Of a stretch of 64,000 nt of DNA, positions 49,122 to 62,169 are shown in pieces; the stretch's first letter is position 1, and each line of letters begins with the position of its first letter. Source of the DNA: Catajapyx aquilonaris (lineage: Eukaryota). The DNA is taken from assembly GCA_000934665.2 (NCBI GenBank), contig JYFJ02001557.1, forward strand, positions 1-64,000, written 5' to 3'. A program made the position numbers and the translations under genes. The notes under the pieces were generated by a model that saw only the letters and a list, made by a program, of their open reading frames with translations, was not told the DNA's origin and searched no databases.

Positions 49122-52100
49122 GTGAGTATTTGCATGGTGGACAACACTACATTAAATAATTATGTGGTGTTGTCACAATTCACATGACATTTTTGTATCA
49201 GTGAATTCTCTATGATTCGCAACACTACGTTTTCCTCAAATTTGTCTATATACCAGCAGCTGGGAGGGATAAGCGAAGATCCATGACCTTCATCCGACTA
49301 GATGTCGCGTATATATTGCCTCTTTCACAGTGACTGATAAATGCGACGCATTTGCTACTTGGTATGGAGAACGTGCGGTTTTTTAAAATTCAGAAGAAAA
49401 AGTCGATCGCCTGCTTGGTTTGCATGAAAACTGGAAGGGGGTTTTCTGTTTCGAAGGAAATATTAATCATGGACGAAGTGTGACGTCCGGTTTGTCGGAT
49501 CACTGAAAAATGTATGGGCTACCCCTACCCCATTGGTATTGTTGTACCGACGAAACTCTCAGATGGGAAATTGGTTCCTGCTGCTCATAACTTAGCCCCA
49601 TTATCATTTACGACAATGCAACATTCAGCTAAAAGGAGTGCGAAAGATCTTATGCAAATAAAATGGCGTCTACGTGATAAACGATGAGCTTCAACAGGGA
49701 AAAATGTCTACTGCATATTTTAACACGTTTAGTATTCAAGGTCGATATAATTCTACACATTTCTGCAGTTTTTTGCGAATATCCCAGCTATACTGTACGA
49801 CCAATACGTAGTGACATTTTTACAACCCGACACTACAACTTGCTAGTACCGGTACTGTATAGTGTAGTACAGTACCTGGGTGCACCCACACATTCTTACG
49901 GTATATGCAAAAAAATGGCAGAAATCTGACTTTTATAACTGATATCGCCCTTAAGTGCTAAACCTGTTAAAATTGAATGAGGTGTATTTTTGGCTTTTGC
50001 AGTTTTATGACGAGTTGCAAGCATCTGTTCGTGTCATGAAAAAGTCGTAAAAGTGCAATCATCTTTTCTGCAGTGGCATGCCTAACTGCCAACCCTCTTC
50101 TGGTAATAAAGCCAAAAATATCCCGAATGTGCCAGAAAAGTGCAGGATTGTTAGAAAAATACGCAGACATTACATTGATCCCAGTACACATTAAGTCACC
50201 AATTTGGATGCAAATGGTCAGCTGATGTGTTATCGCTCATTGTAAAGATAACGCTATTTTTATCAACTTCATAAATAATCTGTCTCAATGTCTGACATTG
50301 AAAGTTGCATGTGATGCTCGACCGCTTTTAAGATTACAGCTCCTGCTGTGTGCTATTCCATGTCATAACTTTCGAAGCTAATTAGGCTGATTTTGCAATA
50401 TGAAGCTCTTCAGATTTCTGACACTGCATTGAACCACTTTTCATCACAAGTTCTCAGCCTCGGATAAGTGCAATGGCGTGAAATAAGCTGCGTGGATATT
50501 ACAAAGTTCTGCAAAGTAAAGCTGTTCATAAGCCGTCATTAGCTGTTATCTACATAATTTTGACAAATATTTCCCACCATAATGCTTGGTAGAAAATCCT
50601 CCATTTCAATTGTGCATCTCTCTCATAAAGACATTTGTGTGAAAGAGCCAAGCCTCACCCCATCAAGCCAGTTCTCAGTTACAGGCGAGAAAAGTCGTCA
50701 CATAACTCGGCATAAACCCAGCTACACTTCGGACAATGAGGACCATTCTTTCGTGGTAGCTCAAGAGTGGCTAAGGCTTAGCGACCCCCAAGTTCCATCC
50801 ACTTTGTGCGCTTCCCTCCGAGTGTCTCAGGCGCCACTCGGATGTCATCATAAATCCTCATTTCACATCCAACCCCCTGCACTGTCACTTCTTTTCCGTA
50901 CAGACACCGCAGGACCCGGATATTCCAGCCCCAAAGAGGCCGTTAAGGGGCCCAGGGAGAAGATCCTCTACGTGGTTTGCGTTCGACCCAACAAAGATAA
51001 GCCCGATTACTTGGCCACAGTCGACGTAGATCCAACCAGCCCCAAGTTCTGCCAGGTACGTAGGTTTTGCCAATATCCAAGCATTTTACTTATGTATGAC
51101 TACCAAACAGGTTCTGCATCGTCTTCCAATGCCACACGTAGGAGACGAATTGCACCATACTGGATGGAACTCTTGCAGCAGTTGCCATCAAGACCCGAAG
51201 AAGAAGCGATCCCACTTGATCCTACCGTCTCTTGGAAGTGACCGAGTATATGCTGTTGATGTGGCTTCAGACCCGCTCAACCCTAAACTGGATAAGGTAA
51301 ATAGAGAGCCAGTACAACGAACTTTGCTCACAAAGGAGCCCGTTGGAAACACGGACTGATAAATTAAAAATCTGCGAGGTTGTGTACGGTTTCCCAACGT
51401 TTGCCAAAGGAGCCAATTAACTAGTCGAATATTGGCACACAACGAAAGGCTGCATGCGTAATGTGGTATAAACACGGGTGTGCCTTTTTATAAAATAGGG
51501 CCTGGAGGTAACGAGCTGATTGCCATAGTAACCGAAGGCAGTAATTATTATACCGACGTATTCTGGCCATAATTATGAGCCCCGACATTACGAGTCACAT
51601 ATCGGGCTTCAGGGCCATATTTGTCGTGACTGCGCCGAAACTTGGATTATTAGGAGGTATAATATCCGTAGCGCTATACTGTAATTTAGGCGTACTGGCC
51701 ATTAACTGATTTCAGCATGTGGCGAAATGAAGCACGTTGCTATGATAAAATTGGGGCATGACTGTCACAGGCCAGCTTGCGTATACTGTAGCATGACTGA
51801 TATGCCATAATGTGGGTAAACCAATGTTGGCGAATAGTTCCTGTTTTGCAGGAAACAAATTGTGCGGCGTGTAAGCACGTTAAGGTCAGTGATCTGTGTT
51901 GTTGCACTATTTTTTTTTGTTATTTGTAATATGGGGCCTGCAGAGCTTAGTGGCACACATGCTCCCTTTGTACACTGTGCAATAAAGTATATCCCTTTAA
52001 TGTTGTATAGGACATAATAAAACAATCCATCACGACAAATGGGGTTATCAGCAATGTAGGCGTCACAAAATAATTTGACGCAAATATACGGCTTATGCAT

Positions 52101-55100
52101 TGTACAATGTCTAAACTAAAACTAGTCAGGGCTTTGTCCAACTTATGATGAGGGCAATATGTTAAACTGTACCCTAGGGATGCACGAGATTGTACTCGAA
52201 GTAGCTTGAAATTCCTCAGCTGATTGCTCTGTCAATCTTGGCAGGTCGTGGAAAACTCTGCAGTTCACCAAATGGGGGTGGACACCCTGCATACTTCCCA
52301 TTGTTTGCCTTCCTCTGAAATCATGATATCCGCCATGGGAGACGGGAAAGGGGAAGCCAAAGGAAGCTTTCTACTCTTGGATGCTCAGACATTTGAGGTC
52401 AAAGGTAAGCTCCATGCTTTCTGTTTAAACCACTGTGGTCACACCATTCCAATTCTCAGGTGTGTGGCCGAAAGGCGAATCCGCAGAATTCGGGTATGAC
52501 TTTTGGTACCAGCCATACCACAACGTGCTCATATCCAGCGAATGGGGAGTGCCCAACGTGCTCAAGAAAGGCTTCAACCCTGATGACATTCCAAAAGGTA
52601 ATGTTCTAAATGCCGAGGAATGTTCAGTATTTAATACCTCATAAACAGCTACGAGCCCGGAAGTCCTGGTTAATATTTTTTTGTGATTCGCAAAAAAAGC
52701 AATGTGCGCATGTAAAGGAGGGTACTAAGGGCAAGGGGACGACGGTGTGGGTGGGTGGATCGATTACCCTTTCATGGCGGCCAGTCAAGATGCAACACTA
52801 TAGCAGGAGAGAGATGGGGGCAAAAGAGTAGTTAAATGAGTGTTTTTGGGTGGGTGCACTCTAGAGAGAAAGCTAACGGGGTTGACTAAGAGGGAGATCA
52901 AAGAAGTCACCGTTCCGCTAGAACTGTACTCAAATACTGAGGTAAATCACGTACAAATTGGACTCCCCAACTTTTACAGGGGTGTACGGACAAAGTCTGA
53001 ACGTATGGGACTGGAAGGAACGCAAATTAATCCAGAAGGTGGACATGGGCAGTGATGGACTCATACCATTGGAAATCCGGTTTCTTCACGACCCTTTGCA
53101 GGCACAGGGATTTGTGGGATGCGCACTCAACTCGAACGTCTTCAGGTACGGTTTGTTTCCCCCGGAACACTGCTATCGATCCTTTTCCACAAACTTTCGA
53201 CCTGTCCGAGGGCCGGACACATTTGTTATGATTACTTACCGGGGGTCTCTTGAGGAAAAGGGGCGTCATGTTTGCTCTCCTTTCGGTTCCTCCTTTTCCA
53301 GGTTCTACAAGACTGAAGGCGGCCAATGGGCGGCCGAAAAGGTCATCAGCGTTCCGGCCAAGAAAGTCGAAGGATGGGTTTTGCCTGAGATGCCAGGTAC
53401 GACAGTCAACTATTCTGCCATCCCAAGGAGAAACTCTATCTCCAAAACTAGTAAGGGTGAAGGTTGCGTGTATACCCTCCACTAATCCCCTCTGAGTCAG
53501 TGCGGATTAGTGCAGGGCATGCGTGCGACTTTCACCCTTACTAGTTTTGGAGATAGGGTGTTTCTCCTTGGGACGGAAGTATTAACCAGAAACGTAGTTT
53601 TTCGAGAGTTCATTCATATTTTTACCAGGGCTGATTGCTGATATCTTGATCTCGATGGATGACCGGTACTTGTACATGAACAACTGGTTGCATGGGGACG
53701 TCCGTCAGTACGACATCAAGGACCCAGCCAAGCCCAAACTGGTTGGACAGATATTTCTGGGAGGATCCATCCTGCGTGATGGACCAGTCAAGGTGACTGA
53801 AGACAAAGAACTGAACGTAGGTTGAGTGGAAGAAACCCTGCTGGGTGTAAGTAATCAGTGAGTTTGACGAGCCCCTCATTGGCCATGCAGGAGCAGCCGG
53901 CGCCAGTCTTTGTCAAAGGAAGGAGGATTTACGGCTCTCCACAGATGCTACAATTGAGTCTGGATGGGAAGAGGCTCTATGTCACCACTTCTCTCTACAG
54001 CGTCTGGGATAGACAGTTCTATCCGGATATGATCACGTATGTGTTCTGATTTTATAGGATCTAAGCTGAATCTGACTCTTAGCAGCCCCTACAACAGTGT
54101 TAATAGCTAATACAGTAATCTAGAAGTGGCTCTATTTGATGAGTATATACACCTGCATGTAATTAATATGTACCAGCAGTTAACAACAATAAACACATGC
54201 GTAAATATCAGCATCCCTGGTGCATCGATGCCACAGGCTGATTGCAATGCCCCAGGGTGATCATGTGCCCAACTGGCTCTAAATGAATTTTAAAGCAGAC
54301 TTAGGTAATCACTTTCACAAATGGCGTAACGAACACCAAATCGTCGCTATATATAACATTGATCATATAATCTGGGCACCTGGTGTTGACGTCACAATTT
54401 GCTGGAATAAAGCGACGATAAAGGGACATGGTAACACTTTGTGCAAATTTCAGATACGACGTGTACGGCATAGTCAACTGCCAAGTACTGCCTTATGGAA
54501 GTAGGCTGGGAACGGGAGGTGTGGGATGACTTAAGTTGGGTAATCCGATTAACTCTTGGATGACAGGTGTTTTTATCACGTCATGGGAGAAAAGCTGCGG
54601 TTTTCTGCAAAGCGGAGGAAATTATAGAAATAGCGTAATTGCTTCAACCTTGCGACACCATTTATCAAGGAACGTGACGAGAGGGGAAAGGAGTTAATTC
54701 CTAACAATTTTCCCCATCATTTTCTTCCTGCTTTGCATGACAATTGATTCAATATTTGAGCTCTAGAATGTAACTTGATGCGTTGTAAATTTATAGGCTT
54801 TGTTTAATGATACCATCTATATTATAAAATTTAATTATTTTTCAGTAACGGGTCTGTCATGCTGCAGATGGACGTAGACACCGACAACGGAGGACTCAAG
54901 CTGAATCCGGATTTCCTGATTCATTTCGGTGACGAGCCAGATGGACCTTCTCTGGCACACGAAATGAGGTGACGTTGACAAGCCGGACAGTATTGCACGT
55001 GTCAGACAGAAATCCTATCTAGTTGTCCTTTGAGTCGGAAATCTGAGCTTGTTGTACCAGAAGATCCTCCCTGTCTCTACAGTTGATTTGCTATTGATTT

Positions 55101-55468
55101 GTCTTGACCTCTTATCGATGTGATTGAGGCATGCTCTTGAGCCCCCCCCCCCCCCTCCTCTTTCTCTCTTCTCCATGGCAACGCGGCGTTTCCCGCTTGC
55201 ACCCTTAGTATATACTATATATGAAGAATCCGTCTTCGTCCGTCTTCCGCCCTCATAATCGCATTTTCGGCATGTTGGAGGAAAGATCCCGGGTGCCGAG
55301 CCAGCAGCCTTTCAAAAACGAATGGAATTTCCTCGACGTGCACTTGTGTTTCCCGCGATTTAAGTTGCGCCAAGTGCTCAAGCCAGCCGCATTTCCCTTT
55401 TCAGATACCCAGGCGGAGATTGCACTTCAGACATCTGGATGCCTCCGGATTATTGCAGCTCGCATTGA
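49115..55468 (+). CDS. SELENBP1: Selenium-binding protein 1 / methanethiol oxidase; join(49115-49121,50904-51055,51111-51296,52245-52404,52460-52597,52980-53145,53302-53396,53629-53816,53891-54036,54846-54968,55405-55468), 474 aa
   Basis: All introns are GT-AG with matching phases; total 1425 nt with no internal stop. Family motifs: [87 protein letters not shown]. Confidence 0.95.
50904..51055 (+). CDS. SELENBP1: SELENBP1 exon 2
   Basis: cttttccgtacag| acceptor; [19 protein letters not shown]...KFCQ; |gtacgt donor. An alternative in-frame AG lies 9 nt downstream (exon start 50913). Confidence 0.92.
51111..51296 (+). CDS. SELENBP1: SELENBP1 exon 3
   Basis: aaacag| [25 protein letters not shown]...PKLDK |gtaaat. 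Confidence 0.95.
52245..52404 (+). CDS. SELENBP1: SELENBP1 exon 4
   Basis: tggcag| [20 protein letters not shown]...FEVKG |gtaagc. Confidence 0.95.
52460..52597 (+). CDS. SELENBP1: SELENBP1 exon 5
   Basis: ttctcag| [18 protein letters not shown]...DDIPKG |gtaatg. Confidence 0.95.
52980..53145 (+). CDS. SELENBP1: SELENBP1 exon 6
   Basis: ttttacag| [11 protein letters not shown]...[11 protein letters not shown]...NVFR |gtacgg. Confidence 0.95.
53302..53396 (+). CDS. SELENBP1: SELENBP1 exon 7
   Basis: ccttttccag| [32 protein letters not shown] |gtacga. Confidence 0.95.
53421..53573. mobile_element. Fold-back element (MITE-like) in SELENBP1 intron 7
   Basis: Stem of about 68 bp with one 2-nt bulge, 6 G-T positions, 1 A-C and 1 C-C mismatch; centre CTGAGTCAG. 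Confidence 0.8.
53629..53816 (+). CDS. SELENBP1: SELENBP1 exon 8
   Basis: tttaccag| [28 protein letters not shown]...EDKELN |gtaggt. Confidence 0.95.
53891..54036 (+). CDS. SELENBP1: SELENBP1 exon 9
   Basis: atgcag| [48 protein letters not shown] |gtatgt. Confidence 0.95.
54846..54968 (+). CDS. SELENBP1: SELENBP1 exon 10
   Basis: tttttcag| [41 protein letters not shown] |gtgacg. Confidence 0.93.
55405..55468 (+). CDS. SELENBP1: SELENBP1 exon 11 (terminal)
   Basis: cccttttcag| [20 protein letters not shown] then TGA. Confidence 0.93.
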
Positions 55469-58018
55469 TTGCATTTGGACCCGACCACTATTTCCTACAG
55501 TACCGGCAACTGATGTTATCGAATATGTCAGCTGGATTTTGCTCGACATTCGCTTTTCAATATAGGGGGTGACTATATACAACACACGGTTGCTCATATT
55601 GTAACGTTTTTTTTTTTCTTTCTTTTGGCATAAAGTTTGGTTAATTGCACTTTTGTTATTCACTGCTGTGCTTGAAAACCAAGCCTATCTCGTTCCTTGA
55701 TAGGCTATAATTTGGGCAGCTTGATCCTATTGCACACTATCCGTCAGGCACGCCCTTGCGTGTGTGCCGTCGCGTACATCCCGCGTGATTAGTGGCGAAG
55801 GCCCCACTTTATTGACACATTCTTTCGGTGTTTGGGATGCCCCGCTGTTTTCGTGTCGACTGGAGCTAATTTGAATTGTAGGCTAAGTACAGCTAAAGCA
55901 CACAGCGCATTAAGGGCGACCGTTAATTAACCGCCCCCTACCAGCAACGTGAGCTTTGATCAATATTACCAACAGAATATATTTTAAGCTTAAAAGTGTA
56001 TAAGTTTTGCTGTTTCTGATGAGTATGACGTGGCTGTATAGTGGAAGCGGTTTTGCAACCCCTAGCCAACTTGCCTCATCCTGTAGGCGACTGGGTGTAA
56101 TCCATAATGCGGGCCGGTAGGGGAGGGCAAGGTGCCGAGCCCAATTGATTCGACAGCAGGGTGGACTGGCACCAGTTGGGGACATCAACAACTGGCCAAA
56201 AGCCTCATACTCATTTGGCCTCAGGCTGTGGGTACATCGAATGCACCCCCCAGGAAGCTGCAGGCTCCAGTCCATATTCTTTCACAGCTGGAGGGCCTGG
56301 AAGATATGGCTGGTTGGTATATAAAACCAGTTGTAGATAATTTACATGGGGGTGAAATAACATTCGATATGGATAAGGGGACATGAATGTGACAAAGCTG
56401 TGGGCCTGGGGATGTTCCGTGATTGGGCGATCAGCACAAGCGCTAAAGAGGGGGTTAGATACATGTTCCCTACAGTACCATTTGAAATATTGACGACGTG
56501 GGAGTTGAATCAGGCGGATGGGGGAGAAGAGGGGTGTCCTTCCATCTCCAACTCCAAACAAAAAATCGATGGAACCGACTATTATCCTTCGCACACTATC
56601 TATTACTAGAACAGTCGGTGTTGTAACACCACAATGAACGATGATTTCACAACTGGGTAGTTGTAGGTTAGCATGTCTTTTCCTGCCTCATGACCATATT
56701 TCCTATTCGGTGGACTCATCCTGCACCTCCCCAATCTCCGCCTGCCAGTCAATTATTTCTATTTCCTGTCTGTAATTTCCGCCAATTTCTGTACGTTTGC
56801 GCAAGGTCTTCCAAAACTCACTTTCCGACCACCAGATGTGATTAATGGACGGGCCTGTCCATCAAAGGACGTTGTTTCCATGGAACGTTTGGTCAGGCGA
56901 AACAAACCTACTGCTGGTGTTGGGAAAGATCCGAATGAAAATATCTGCTAGTTTCGCAATTTATAGACTGTCCTAGCAAGTTGAATTATACATCATAAAT
57001 ATAAAGTTGCACTCTAACCATAAAGTATGAACATGGTTGAAATATGAGTCTAAAGCAGGGCCAATAAACGCTTAGTTGGCAATGTTTACTTAGAAGCACT
57101 TTGGCAGAGTTAACCCTCTTCCTAATCGATAGCTATAAGGATGAATTTAATACATATTGATAACGGGAAGTCAAATATTTGCGCAGGAAGAGCCGACTTG
57201 AATGTTCAATTATCGATTTTAATCCTACTCTTTGGCAACAATTGGTGAAGCGCTTGCTCCTTCACACGTGAATTCGACTCTCTTTTAACGCGGTTTCGAG
57301 CCGTACTGTACGATGGAAATAGAGTTGTTATCACAACCTGATCGTAGCGATGGTAGGAAATTGCTTTCAGGGACACCCTCCTTCCCCCAAATTCCCTTCA
57401 CGCTGGCCAATATGGTAGTCGAGAATGTCAGCCATTTTTGGTCGCGCAGTTTCAAATTGAACACGTTTTTGTTAATTTCAAGTGTTAGCTCATCCGTATT
57501 CATCATGCGGGGGAAATGACAACACCTTTCACCATCACCTACGTAGTCGATTTAAACGTGAGGGCCACGTAACACTTGCACACTAACACGCAAGAAGACG
57601 TAATCAATTTTCAGAGGCTGGCTGTCCTTGCTCACAATGTTATTGACTGCTGTACAGTATTGTATTTTACAGCTGCTACGCAAAAGCCATTGTTATCGAC
57701 TTTTTTTTGCTTAATAAGCGCGATTATGCTCATTCTTTACGATATACGCCCTAACAGTGAATAGCGAGCTTTATATTCTATATGCTGAATGACCCTTTTC
57801 ACTTCATCCTGATAAAGGTGTACTTTGTATGTACTGAACATGCACAATACTGTACTGTCGATGGATTTGAAAAAGGCAAATTATTTAATAGAATACCTCA
57901 CTCTAGACTGCTTTAGGAACACTTGCAATAATATTATTTTGGTCAGACGAAAGCCAAGAGTACATAAGTAGTGTAAATATAACTTATAGGTCGTTGAAAA
58001 ATTATTGGGACTCCAATT

Positions 58019-58154
58019 CAAGGGGGTAATCACTCGACTAGAAGTGTACACTGGAGTACCAAATTCAAGGAGTACCAAGGAATAATAAAGAGTCAAGTAC
58101 CAGGGAGTACCACTCCCAGGAGTACACCGGAGTACAGAAGTGATTACCCCCTTG
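58019..58154. mobile_element. MITE family B, copy 3
   Basis: TIR CAAGGGGGTAATCACT...AGTGATTACCCCCTTG; 8-bp TSD CTCCAATT/ATCCAATT. Confidence 0.85.
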
Positions 58155-61100
58155 ATCCAATTCTTATAGTTATAACCATTTAATGGGACCGCAAAATGAA
58201 TGCATGGTAGATGGTACACATTAGGGTATTCCCTGCCAATGTCAATGCAGTCTATACAGTACCTGCAGTCTGTGCCATGGATGTTTGTAGTTCTTCATCC
58301 GTAGTTTGTGTGTGGTCGTGTTCCCAATGACGCATGGGGATATTATCGTCAATTAAAATTATTATACTGCAACTATACTTGTGACGTGGAAAATATCTTA
58401 CAAACCACGTGCCATATTTTCTGCTACACGCAGGATGGTCGTCAATACTTGCGTAATAGGCTGCTAGGGCAACACCTTGATTGGTATTTTCAGGGTCAAA
58501 TCGCTGTGGATATTGTAATAATTTTTTTAATACAGGAGGGGATATATGATCTTCCGTGGTAAATAAACGTCACCCACGTGTGTGGATGGCAAGGGTTGTC
58601 CTACTGATCAGACAACTCCGGTAGGCCCTATTTCATAGTTGAGCATTCTAGCCGTCAGGATTTTCGCTACAATTATGCCCATGTCATTGTCGCTATAACT
58701 TAATTGCCACCGCATGCGTAATGCCCCTAAACCAGCCTTAAATATTTTAGAGGAGAGCATTTTTGTCTAGGAACATGTCAAAGAGAGTAGCCCTATACCT
58801 GCCCAATATGTAGAATTTATTAATCACCACGTGAAATGTGTATTACTATCACACAATACCGCGAATAATGTATACGTGCAAATATGTTGTACTTTGTACA
58901 CATTGATTCATACTTTCAAACCTGCATGGTTTGAGCCATTTTTCAGGAAAATTAATTACGAGTTTTTCCCTTTGTTTTTGTTTCCACATTATTGATGGAA
59001 AAACGGCTTACATTTTCTCCTTATTTCATCTCGTACACATATTAACGATGGTGTTTTTCAGACATTAAACTGGATATTATTTACTGTATATCAGTTGTTA
59101 TCGGCTTCTAACATCGCTAGACACTCGTGCGATTATATCCTGTACCTTCAGTAGTGTGACAACCCGACCTAAAAGAGACTTCAACGTCATTCACACGTCT
59201 AAGCCCACTTGGAGCGGTCAATAACCAAAGTGTTACTTGTACGCTTCCCTTCTGTTGATTTTCAGAGTGGTGATCCAAAGTATCCTTCAATCTTAGTCAG
59301 GAAACCTCTAAGGCTGGGAGATGGGATTGCATGATCGATCGTAAATACAAAAAAAAAGAGGTTGATCCTTGTTATTCATATAGCTTGGAACAATATTCCA
59401 AACAATGAATAACAAGAATCAACTGCTTACACGGGATTTATTATCGAGAAAGCGACCTAACCGAAATATTATAGTGAAGGTGTTTTTAAACCTGAATTTT
59501 AGAGGTTTCCGGTTCAGAGTGTTCGCCTCCGGTTTTTTTTTTTTCAAGTGTGTTTACAGTTGATGGGAACTATTCAGCTGATCCCTAAATGAAGACAGAG
59601 ATTTTTTAAAAAAATACGGCCTCTGTACGCTAGTGTCCATAATTTGAAATGTTAAACAGCAAATTAAATTATGAGTCACACTTTGAACATTTATAACAAT
59701 GGTACCATCAGTTAATTGCCGTAATTCTCTTTATACAGTAGTCGAATTCAATATTTTTTCATTTTGTCTGATGGATAATGCAATATTACATTTTTGCTCC
59801 GTAGAAGTTATTAATCAAGATTACGCCTCGTGTGGCAAGCATATAGAAGTTGGAACATTTTATTAAAGTCAGGCTCATTTTTATGGTATGTTGGCATCTT
59901 ACCGCAAAGCTTTAGGGATGGAAGAAGTTATATTGGCTAAGTTGGATCATGCTTGAGAGGTTGCTGCAGCGCGACACAAAACAGTCGCTGATGCACCATT
60001 GTTGAGATATAGTGATGTTTCAAACGCATGTCAAAGGCTTTTGAAATTGTCCCCTGTGGATGTACAGTACTTACCATATAAAACGTCATATGGTTGTATG
60101 AAAGTCAATACTTGGCTTATGCATTCTGTTAGTTGATTCAACGTTATATTACATTTTGGTTGTCGACAGTGTTATTTCCCATGAACATAATCAGTGATAG
60201 CTTTAATCAAGTGAATTGAGATGATCCTAAGTGAACATCTGACTCGTCTATAACACTGCTGCGAAACGAATATACCTGTACATATCGGAATATACTGTAC
60301 TGTACAGTGCAGTACTGGGGCCTTCTGAGCCTGTAATATCGAACGATTCTGTAAAATGAATATTGAGGTATGAGCAAAAGTCGGCTCAAAAGGTAGAAGA
60401 AAAATATACGCACAAAGTTTGTTTGAAAGTATACGATAATAATCTGATTTCATTCACCTCACTGTAATAGCATGGAACTCAATGATATACTCAGGTACGT
60501 ATAAAAAAACCCCTGTCAAATGGCTGCGTGATATCCGGGAATATTATGTTGCATCACTGACCTTACTTTATAGGCTTTATATACGTAACACGACTATCGT
60601 TTAAAATGTTTCGTGAGATGTGTCATTCACAAAGACCAGGCTATCTGGCATAATTTTTCACACTTAAAGCAAAAAATTGTACTATATTTTCTCATGAGCA
60701 TTGGGTCACTCTTTTTGTCATTGGTCATATTCTTATACCGTACTGAAAACGTATAACATCGGTAATGCCAGATCAGGTTACTAGTAGGCTATATTGATCA
60801 CTTTGTAGTATGCTTACCTTAATATTTATACGTATTTTGTGTTAGAGCTTTGCAGTATTCTGAGAATGATTGGATCATTTGAAGAGTCGCCGAACTTTTG
60901 GGAAAAAATATAATATTTTAAAATCATGCAGAGTACAGTTTGTATTTCTCTGCCCAGGTGGGCGATCAGAAAGGATTGGAGGAGGAAGAGTTGGTGGATT
61001 TTAGGCACTCCTGGTCGAAATCGAACTCCAGTCCAGACTCGGCCTAAGGTTCGGGTCTTTCTATATATTCTTGCATGCCACCGACTTTGTTTACATCGAC

Positions 61101-62169
61101 AGTGGTAACTAATTCATCAACCATGTCCTGTCTCCCCTCTTCGGATCGTCAACTTGGACAGAGAAACACCCTGTAGAATATGCGCTGTACATGGCGATAT
61201 GACTATTAATTTTGGGATCATTTAAACTGCATTAGCTGAGGGAATGTTAACCTTACTGAAAACTTTTATGGACAGGGAAGGATTTGAAAAATTATATAAA
61301 ACATGTGGCGAATAATCCACCTATTAAATGTGCGGGTTTTCTCATTAGTACAATACTATGCGTGAGCACTCTTGAATATATACGAACATCGTATATCAAA
61401 TGTGTCTGGAATGTGCAAGTCACAATAAATCATGTTTAAATATTTTGTGATTCACTGTCCGGAATATGGATTTAACGTAAGACCAAAAGAGAAGCACGCG
61501 TTTTGAAACAGTGTATTAAAATACAGTTTATCTGATTGTGTACACTCATGAGCACATATTAATCGTATGTTACCCTTACGATGACATCTTACAAACTTTT
61601 ATGAAACATCGGGTATACAACATATATTTGCTACAGGATGACCAGTACGTCAGGGCACGCATTTCTAAAACATGTTTCAGACCATGGGAGTAAACTTCAA
61701 ACAAAACTTACAGTACAGTACACCGCTCGTAATGTATCAATGCTGCTGCAATGTACGTTGCATAAAATCGTATAAAACGCTTTTGCAAACTGCTTTATTC
61801 CAAGTGAACATATATTATCATCTCGTCTCTACGTCCCATGAGAAACTAGAAATTACTTAAGCCAACTGCTTTTTTGGCCAGTACAGCAAACACAAACACC
61901 TTCGAGGCATTTCACAAACGTCGCGTCGCCTCTTGGCTTTTCGTGCAGGATCTCGTAATTTTCCAGCTCAGAAATACTTTACGAAGGGAGCTACAACTCC
62001 ACAATACCCTCTTTATGCCTGTTACAACATGGCTCATAGTATTAGCAACTCAAAAGTATTTCCTGAAATTTTATTCCTCCTGTGTGGAGTGGGGAGAAAG
62101 ACAAACACCACGTTGAAAGACATGCTGGGAACAACTGTCGTCTCACCATCGTGCAATGGATATACCGAC

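Noticed and set aside
52145..52223. C/D snoRNA candidate (ATGATGA...CTGA) in SELENBP1 intron 3
   Set aside because: No terminal stem. The CTGA lies 21 nt from the acceptor and is better explained as the branch point.
53027..53879. Antisense ORFs over SELENBP1 exons
   Set aside because: Shadow frames of coding exons with no independent support.
55466..55600. Selenocysteine recoding or readthrough at the SELENBP1 TGA stop
   Set aside because: SELENBP1 is not a Sec-containing family, the TGA follows the complete conserved C-terminus, no SECIS-like ATGA/AA/GA structure was seen, and the context TGA-TTG is not the leaky TGA-CTA type.
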